A stretch of DNA of 54,085 bases, filler included, from Squatina squatina (lineage: Eukaryota), in NCBI GenBank assembly GCA_031763465.1. It is 3 parts of 3 records of this genome, joined end to end, with 100 filler letters (N's around TTAATTAATTAA, not from the genome) between each part and the next. Parts side by side here need not be neighbours in the genome. Positions count along the whole stretch, not along the records: positions 40,279 to 54,085 come from JARFOE010000115.1; 2 more parts are not named here. One strand, 5' to 3'. The position numbers and the translations under genes are program-made. Positions 46,815-54,085 of this stretch are shown piece after piece. The notes beneath the pieces are model-generated. The model ran no database searches, was not told the origin of the DNA, and was given only the letters and a program-made list of their open reading frames with translations. Position 1 is the first letter of the stretch; every line of letters starts with the position of its first letter.

Positions 46815-47160
46815 CAGAGACTTGAGCACAAAATCTAACATGACACTTCAGTACAGTACTGAGGGAGTGCTACACCGTTGGAGGAGGAGTCTTTCGGGTG
46901 AGACGTTAAATCAAGCTCTCTCAGGTGGAAGTAAAAGATCCCATGGCACCCTTTGGGAGAAGATTAAGGGAGTTCTCCCCAGTGTCCTGGCCAATATTTA
47001 TCCCTCAAGCAACATTACTAAAATAGATTATCTGTTCATTGTCATATTACTGTTTGTAGGAGCTTGCTGTGCTTAAATTGATTCTGCGTTTCCTACATTA
47101 CAATAGTGACTACACTTCAAAAGTATTTAATTGGCTGTGAGGTGCTTTGGGACGACCTGA
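46815..47160 (+). mobile_element. Deu-domain SINE
   Basis: CAGTACTGAGGGAGTGCT...GTAAAAGATCCCATGGCAC...GTGTCCTGGCCAATATTTATCCCTCAA...GTGACTACACTTCAAAAGTA...GCTTTGGGACG. Confidence 0.88.
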
Positions 47161-49449
47161 AAAACAGACGGTCGAGGTGGGAAAGTTCAAGCTGCTAATC
47201 TATTCCAAATATAACCTACATAACAAAAATAGAAATGTAAGCTTGCATGCAAAAGGCTAATTCACTCATGTCAGTGAGTTGTGCTCATATTTGTGAGAGT
47301 CGTTGTGTTATGATAGTGCTTGACATGCTACTGAGTTTCCAATCTCAGCTGTGTTACTGTGAAGAGGCACTGAGCTAAGGCTAGATGTTTACCCATAGGA
47401 AGGGAAAGATGTTCGGAGGGCAGTCGCCCCACCTCTGTTCTTATGCTTCTCTTAGAATTTGGTTCAGGGTAGCAAATAGCTTCAGTTGTGGTCCAGATAG
47501 CCCCTGGCAGCCAGTCTAGAGAATGCTGAAGAGAATTTTCAGAGTTGACGGTTCCAGAAACTAAGTCAACTGAACGCTTGCTCGCATGGTGACACTGCAC
47601 CTTTAAAGCAAATGGAATTGAGGCCAACAAACTTGAAAGGAGGGCAAAGGGCGAAAGCAGAAGGAACAGTGAGGTGATGCTGGCAAGTCTAATACATAAC
47701 CTGCTTTGTTTTTACACAGCAGAGTATTGATTGAAGTAGGCCACATCCCAGAATGCTAACATTTATTTTCTTTTTTTAAACAAACTGAAGCAAGTGATAC
47801 TTAACCTTCTGCGTCCTGTGAAGGAAACCCAACACCAAGCTACTCAAGCCAATGGGCAAATTTGATTCATTAGCAGCAGCAATCACCCCACACCACCCCC
47901 TCCTGCTGCCTCTGGATCATATTCTCTGCACCCCATTGTGGAAGGCGTTCTATCCTGTGAGGAAATGCAGCTGGTTCCTCAAGGGTTAAGTACGAAGCAG
48001 CTTTTGTTTCACCTAATCATTTTTTCATCCTCGGAGGCAGTAATTATTCAGCTGACCTGAATATCAGGGCTGTAAAAATACTGGGCCTGATGAAGCACAG
48101 ATAACCACAATGAGCCCATTCTCTGGCACAGGCTATCATTCGAGCCGGGACAGTTGTCTCCTGAAACTGAGCTTTGAATCACACTTTTTCAGCACTGCAG
48201 GCGGGAGAGGGGATTGAGTTACAAAGCTGCACCCCGCTCACACAGAGCCTGTGTATACAGCAGCTGCAGAGAAAAAGGTGGGGTAGATTTAATCTGCACC
48301 CTTCGCCTTTGGTTACAAAGGATAGTTATTAAGAGAGAAGAAATACTAGGGAAATGTGTTGCATTCTTTAAGAAAGAAAAAATGGTTTATAGTCTTTTTG
48401 TGAAATTTTAAGAAACGGTATTGGACCACTACCATATTCTGTGTTAATATGAATATCAGGCAGAATCTTCATTGCAAGTAGTGTCTTCGAAAGTGGGATT
48501 TATATATTCATTTTGAACTGTAATAATGTTCATTGTTAGGGCTCCATTGCTAAACATATGCTGCTGGAGACCTACTCAGCACAGTCACTCCAGAAACATC
48601 TCAGCAACTTGCCATAAAACAAGAATCAGGCAACACAGGCACGCAGCGACAGACAGCTGTGCTCCAACCCAAACCTGGCCCAGCTCACTATCCACCTGGC
48701 TGCCTGCTTTCTGCTTTAGCTCTTCTCACAGATCCATAGCCAACAACTTATTCCAACCACACACCCCTTTCTGCCCCATGCATAATGCCATGCCAGCACA
48801 TACAGCTTTGTTGGCACACTCAATGTACATGCCAACACTTTGATTGGGGGAGCTCCAGGGTTTCTCTGGATGACTAAACTGAGGTANNNNNNNNNNNNNN
48901 NNNNNNNNNNNNNNNNNNNNNNNNNNNNNNNNNNNNNNNNNNNNNNNNNNNNNNNNNNNNNNNNNNNNNNNNNNNNNNNNNNNNNNCACACCTGCTTGTC
49001 CCAATCTGCAGTTTTGTACTCCTGGTTGTCCTGTCTTCCATTTTGTGTTACTGGCCTGCCCAATATTCTCCATTTTGTACTGAATTCTACAAGTAGGATA
49101 AAGGTTCAAAGAGGAGTGACACCAATTACCCATTGATAGTTTGATTTGAATACTAATAACTCCAAACTTATTTGATTGGTGAGGTGTATTTATTTTGTAA
49201 AGTTATTGTAAGTGAAACTATAGCATTTTGGAAGTAGGAAAAAAGGCATGTTTACATGGGCAATGACTGAAGTAGAAATGCCCATGTAAACATTATCACA
49301 AGAGTAATTTAAGTAATTATATGTGCCTGCTCTACCAGTGTGACTGGAATTGCTGCTACAGACTATGCATAATAACTGCCAAGGGGTTGGCACCTTCCCA
49401 TGAGGCATCTATTTTTGTTTCCAGTGAAAACAGAAATAATTCTTTCTGT

Positions 49450-49550
49450 ACATGTGAAATGAGTTGCTGGCATTCTTACTCTGCTCCCAATGGACATCAG
49501 TCCACAGTACAAAGATCACTTCAGACTGGCAATCTCACTCCAAAGACCTG
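49450..49550 (+). mobile_element. second, more diverged LF-SINE-like fragment
   Basis: ATGTGAAATGAGTTG (49452-49466) is shared with 16981-16995, followed by GGACA..GTCCACA..ACAAA..TGGCAATCTCAC. Confidence 0.45.
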
Positions 49551-49774
49551 ATTTGAACAAATGCGAAGAAAGGAGATTTCACTTTTGACTGTGCAGAGTG
49601 CACAGTACTCTGACTAACTCAATTCACTAAAGTTTTTTTAAATCTTCATCACCAATATACTCTTAATAAAAGCTCCTACAAATTAGGTTGTGATACAAAA
49701 ATAAATCTATCACAAAAATGTCTTATATTTAAAATAGTAGGGACGGCTCCCAATAACATTGTGATTGGTAAGCT

Positions 49775-49958
49775 GCCTTGTGTGCAACGGAACCCGTGAG
49801 GTCAAGAAGATCCCATGCTTGATCCCTGCTCTATGTTGAGTTTTCTAATCTTTGCAGGCTCAGTGGTTGGAGCACTGCAACTGGCCTCAGCCCCACTGAG
49901 CTAAATAGGGGGAAAGTAGCCAGAGTTTCTACAGCTCTTCAATATCTCGTGACCCACG
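49775..49958 (+). mobile_element. diverged tRNA-derived SINE (5' part)
   Basis: Degenerate B-box (TGCTTGATCCC) then ACTGGCCTCAGCCCCACTGAGCTA...GTAGCCAGAGTT, recalled as an elasmobranch SINE body. Confidence 0.4.
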
Positions 49959-50104
49959 CAGATCAAAGCTCTGCAATCCTGCCACAACCAGTCATGAATG
50001 ATGGTGGACAATTAAACAACTAATGGGAGGAGGATGCTCCATGAACATCCCCATCCTCAATGATGGCAGAGCCCAGCACATAAGTGCAAAAGACAAGGTT
50101 GAAG
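49959..50104 (+). mobile_element. CR1-like LINE ORF2 fragment
   Basis: RSKLCNPATTSHE*WWTIKQLMGGGCSMNIPILNDGRAQHISAKDKVE. Confidence 0.75.
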
Positions 50105-51544
50105 NNNNNNNNNNNNNNNNNNNNNNNNNNNNNNNNNNNNNNNNNNNNNNNNNNNNNNNNNNNNNNNNNNNNNNNNNNNNNNNNNNNNNNNNNNNNNNNN
50201 NNNNNNNNNNNNNNNNNNNNNNNNNNNNNNNNNNNNNNNNNNNNNNNNNNNNNNNNNNNNNNNNNNNNNNNNNNNNNNNNNNNNNNNNNNNNNNNNNNNN
50301 NNNNNNNNNNNNNNNNACCTTAAAGTTAATACTACCAATTCAATAGCTTTACACTTAAATAATACACAGAAGTGAAGATATTGGGCATAGTACTAAAACA
50401 TTTAAAACAGTATATTTAAAATATATATCTACCAAGCCTGCCCAAGATTTAGTTTTTCTCTCAATTCCTTCTGATAGCCTCACAGAATGAAAAAGCCTTT
50501 CACCATATTCCTCAGGGAGGGAGTTTGACATGAAATACGTAAGCCGATGCACACAGTTCTTTAGTTTGAACACCCTTCAAAGATCCGCCAACAACTAAGG
50601 AACCATAGAAAGGATTTAGGTTTATCTGCCTTAATTTCTTAGAAGCAGGGGATGTAGAAAAACAGATGATTTAACAATCTCCATTACAATGGGGGTGATA
50701 TTCTGTGGCGTTAGACCAGAACTCCTGAGGTTTTCACACATAGTAATCAACTTATTTTAACACGTGACAACAATTGGCTATCACATTGCTATCTGAGATT
50801 ACACAAGAACAGTATAGCTGCATACCCTTCCTAGACAAGTGAACAGAGTGAGGAACACTCCATGTAACACTTCAAAATTAACCATTTGATTTAATTTCAG
50901 GGAGCAAAAAAACAAGTAACCCTCTTTGAGACAAGAAAAGTCTTTTTAATTCTTGTCTGAAAAAAATACGACAGGTATTTTTTTTTTAATTTCACCGTTT
51001 GTGAAGGCAGCACAAGATACAGAACCAAATTCTTTAAAATAAACCCTGTTCACTATCAAAAGATCTCTAGTCTGTTGTGACACAATACCCTCTATAAATA
51101 AATGGCTGAAATAATTCCAGAAAAGAAATGCACAACTTTTATACAGCTTCAATAGCATAAGTGTATTGTTTTAGACTGAATGTGGTCAGTTATTATGGAA
51201 CTTACTAAATACAGAGCAACTTTCATCATTTGAATTTAGATTCCGACCACCTTATATTTAAATGTCCTGATATAACTCAGGCAGGCAGCTGAAGAGCCTC
51301 TGCAAATTACCAGGCAACACAAGCATCCCATAGCATAGCAGGGCACACATATTCACCAGATCTCCAAGGAACATCTCCACAGACCATGATAACATTTTGA
51401 CACAGAGTTCCCCCAACGTCACTGCCAAGAAACAACCTTCTGAGAATCAGTAAACTGGGAACACAGGCACACCTCCACCACTAGAAAAATGCAGAGCACA
51501 GATATAACAAGGGAAGAAAAAGGCCAGCCATTATTCTGCCTTTT

Positions 51545-52012
51545 TAAAAAAATTCATGATGTTGCCGACAAGATTGGCATTTACTGTCTATCTCTAGTTG
51601 CCTTTGAAAAAGTGGTGGTGGGCCTTCTTCTCGAACCACTGCAGTCCGTGTGGTGAAGCTACTCCTACAGTGCTGCTAGCCATGGAGTTCCAGGATTTCG
51701 GCCCAGCGACGATGAAGGAACGGTGATATATGTCCAAGTCCGGATGGTGAGTGACTTGGAGGGGAACTTGGAGGTGATGGTGTTTCCATGCATCTGGTGC
51801 CCTTGCCCTTCTAGATGATGGAAGTCACAGGCTTGGGAGGTTATGCCGAAGTTGCTGCAGTGCATCGTGTAGCTAGTACGCAGAGCAGCCACGGTACACC
51901 AGTAGTGGAGGGGGTGGATGCTTAGGCTAGTGAGCGAAGTGCCAATTAAGCAGACTGTTTTGTCCTGGATGGTGTTGATCTACTTGACTGTTGTTGCAGC
52001 TGCATCCATCCA
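51545..52012 (-). mobile_element. CR1-like LINE 3' region (second family)
   Basis: NTITSKFPSKSLTIRTWTYITVPSSSLGRNPG, similar to 38200-38545. Confidence 0.82.
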
Positions 52013-52019
52013 GATTTTT

Positions 52020-52235
52020 CTTGATGGCTATTCATCAGTCTAATGTGTGGACAGTGAGCAATGGCAAGATGGAGCTTTACTGTGATAATGCTTCATAGTT
52101 GAATAGCCATTGACACTCACTCCCCAGGCTCATTGATGGAAATGGATAAATTGGTTGAGGGTTCCAGAAGACAGTTGCCCCCAGGGAACTATGCTCTACT
52201 GGGAGCAAGAATCTTCGTGAGAGCTGGGGGAGAAA
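52020..52235 (+). mobile_element. diverged SINE (3' part; a further 3' end on the - strand at about 54050-54085)
   Basis: GTTGAATAGCCATTGACACTCACT..AGGCTCA...GGAACTATG...GGGGGAGAAAA, recalled as the 3' body of the family at 49775. Confidence 0.4.
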
Positions 52236-53036
52236 ACATAATTAGCAGGTTTTTAAATGGAGGAGCACAGAACAATTGAGCCTTAAACATAATTGATATT
52301 TTTTGGTACTTCATGAAAAAGAGGGCAAAAATAATAAATACTCACTCCAGAATTCAGTGATTATTATGGGATGAGCTCACCCCAGGCCAACGTGGCAATT
52401 TGCAAAGGTTTTGGACAGGACTGATACTGGATATCATGAGAAAAGCTCTTCAGAGGGGCATCAACCTACTTAAATAATTTCCAATTAATTAATAGGATAA
52501 CTATGACTTTGACTCTTTCAAATGACACAATGTTTAGATGTAAAGCCATCAGTGCTGCAAACAATGATTTGCATGAACAGTGTAGTTGTGCAACTCAATC
52601 ATCCTCCTTCCAAAGCAAGCAGTAATGTGCATCTTTAGGTAATAAAGTGATCAGCTGCATTCTCGGAGCAGATGGTGTCTGTTCCACCAGAAACTGTGGC
52701 CCATATTCTAATTCTATATATTGAGTGCACAGGTGCACTTCCTTTCATTTCCCCTCATTTATGTGTGTAGAGTCATTTGATCGAGGCGTGACAAGCCTTA
52801 CTTTGATCTCCAACCACCTCCTAAGCCATATTTTCCTGCCACATTTTGGGTTCTATATCAACAGCATAAACCCATAAAACTGCACCAGCTGGTAACCAGC
52901 AAAAGGTCTTTCTGCTCTTTTATCTCTTCTGCGCCTCCTTCCTTTCTAGCCTCTGACACATTCTCCCAGTTTCAGTGAAATCTCATTATTAAAATCTATA
53001 ACCCCTATTTTAACTTGGTCTGGGAATCTCGGGGGT

Positions 53037-53111
53037 AGAAACATAGAAACATAGAAAATAGGTGCAGGAGTAGGCCATTAGGCCCTTCGAGCCTGCACCG
53101 CCATTCAATAT
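53037..53111 (-). mobile_element. CR1 (HER1/HE1-type) 3' tail
   Basis: TAGAAACATAGAAACATAGAAAATAGGTGCAGGAGTAGGCCATTAGGCCCTTCGAGCCTGCACCGCCATTCAA. Confidence 0.88.
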
Positions 53112-54085
53112 NNNNNNNNNNNNNNNNNNNNNNNNNNNNNNNNNNNNNNNNNNNNNNNNNNNNNNNNNNNNNNNNNNNNNNNNNNNNNNNNNNNNNNNNN
53201 NNNNNNNNNNNTGAACGAATCCAACACACAACATTTAATAATGTTTCTATTCTACATTGCAGGTATCAGTGTTTCCTTCACTGTTTGTAATCACTTGAAC
53301 AGTGTGTGTGTTTTCACAGCTATAGGCAAGCCCAACTGAAAAATACTGGAAGTGACGACATGATTTATGATCACAGTGACCCAGTTTTGATCACACAAAG
53401 ACCACTATAGTTTCTTTTCATATCTTTAACTAGGCCTTACCAACATTTGTGTCGTAACTAGCTGAATCACTTTGCGATCGCGCATTTTTAATATCCCTTA
53501 ATGATCTGTGGTGTATGCGAGGGGAGAAAAAAAAATCACCAGAATGTCATCTAATAGCAGGGTTGGGTCTTTTGCTGTCTACTACCATAAATACATTTTT
53601 GTTGCATGAAAGAATATTTTTCTTTCCTCACAAACAGGTAATTGGAGCTGACTGCTAGGAAAAGTTCCTTGAATTCCACTAGGAAAACAGATGCCCTTTG
53701 ACAGTAGGACAAGCGACCTTGGGATTTTAGTGTACGGGCTTGTGGTTCACAAATGCCAATTACTTGTCAAGTGCATATCCGGGTTCCAGAACCAGGGTGA
53801 AAAGGATCATTGATGGCAGCTGAAGTGGAGGAGGGACTTGGTCAAATGGACAGCTGTGGGAGGAATTTTACTTCTCCACTTCTCTGACTTCCTTCAATCG
53901 TCTAGGTTTGTTTTGTCAACTTCCATTCGAGCAGTATAAGTCACTACACGTGGGCTCTTAGTTGCTTCTTGTAGATGCTGCAGAATATTTCTATTCAGGA
54001 ATCGCCTTCAAATGTAAAGCCATTCTACGACAATAGATATCAATTACTCGTTTTGCTCCTTTCCTGAAGATGTTGACTCATGCTG

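Noticed and set aside
50355-50600. Minus-strand ORF with a nearby acceptor
   Set aside because: All frames from the acceptor hit stops before the candidate donor, and no protein is recognisable.

Overview
This is eukaryotic DNA from a cartilaginous fish, almost certainly an elasmobranch. The repeats are shark-type CR1/HER1 LINE tails, L2, RTE, Deu-domain (SacSINE1/AmnSINE1-like) SINEs and a dead Harbinger transposase. The window is not contiguous genome: about 40 short contigs are joined by mostly 100-N gaps. Two artificial N44-TTAATTAATTAA-N44 linkers (13861-13960, 40179-40278) split it into three blocks. Block 1 has two ZEB1 exons (-). Block 2 has two FAM20C exons (-; one is absent from the ORF track), the TRRAP last exon (-) and a ~4 kb 17-18 bp satellite. 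Block 3 has no gene I can name. Most ORFs in the supplied track are artefacts of N-runs, repeats or retroposon fragments. I found no convincing novel multi-gene system. The best leads are the E-box/T-box-motif satellite with a ~835-849 bp higher-order period, LF-SINE-like elements in a shark, a simple repeat grown from a LINE tail, and several unidentified candidate exons and conserved non-coding elements (CNEs). Gene and repeat identifications come from remembered sequences, not database searches, and repeat boundaries are approximate.
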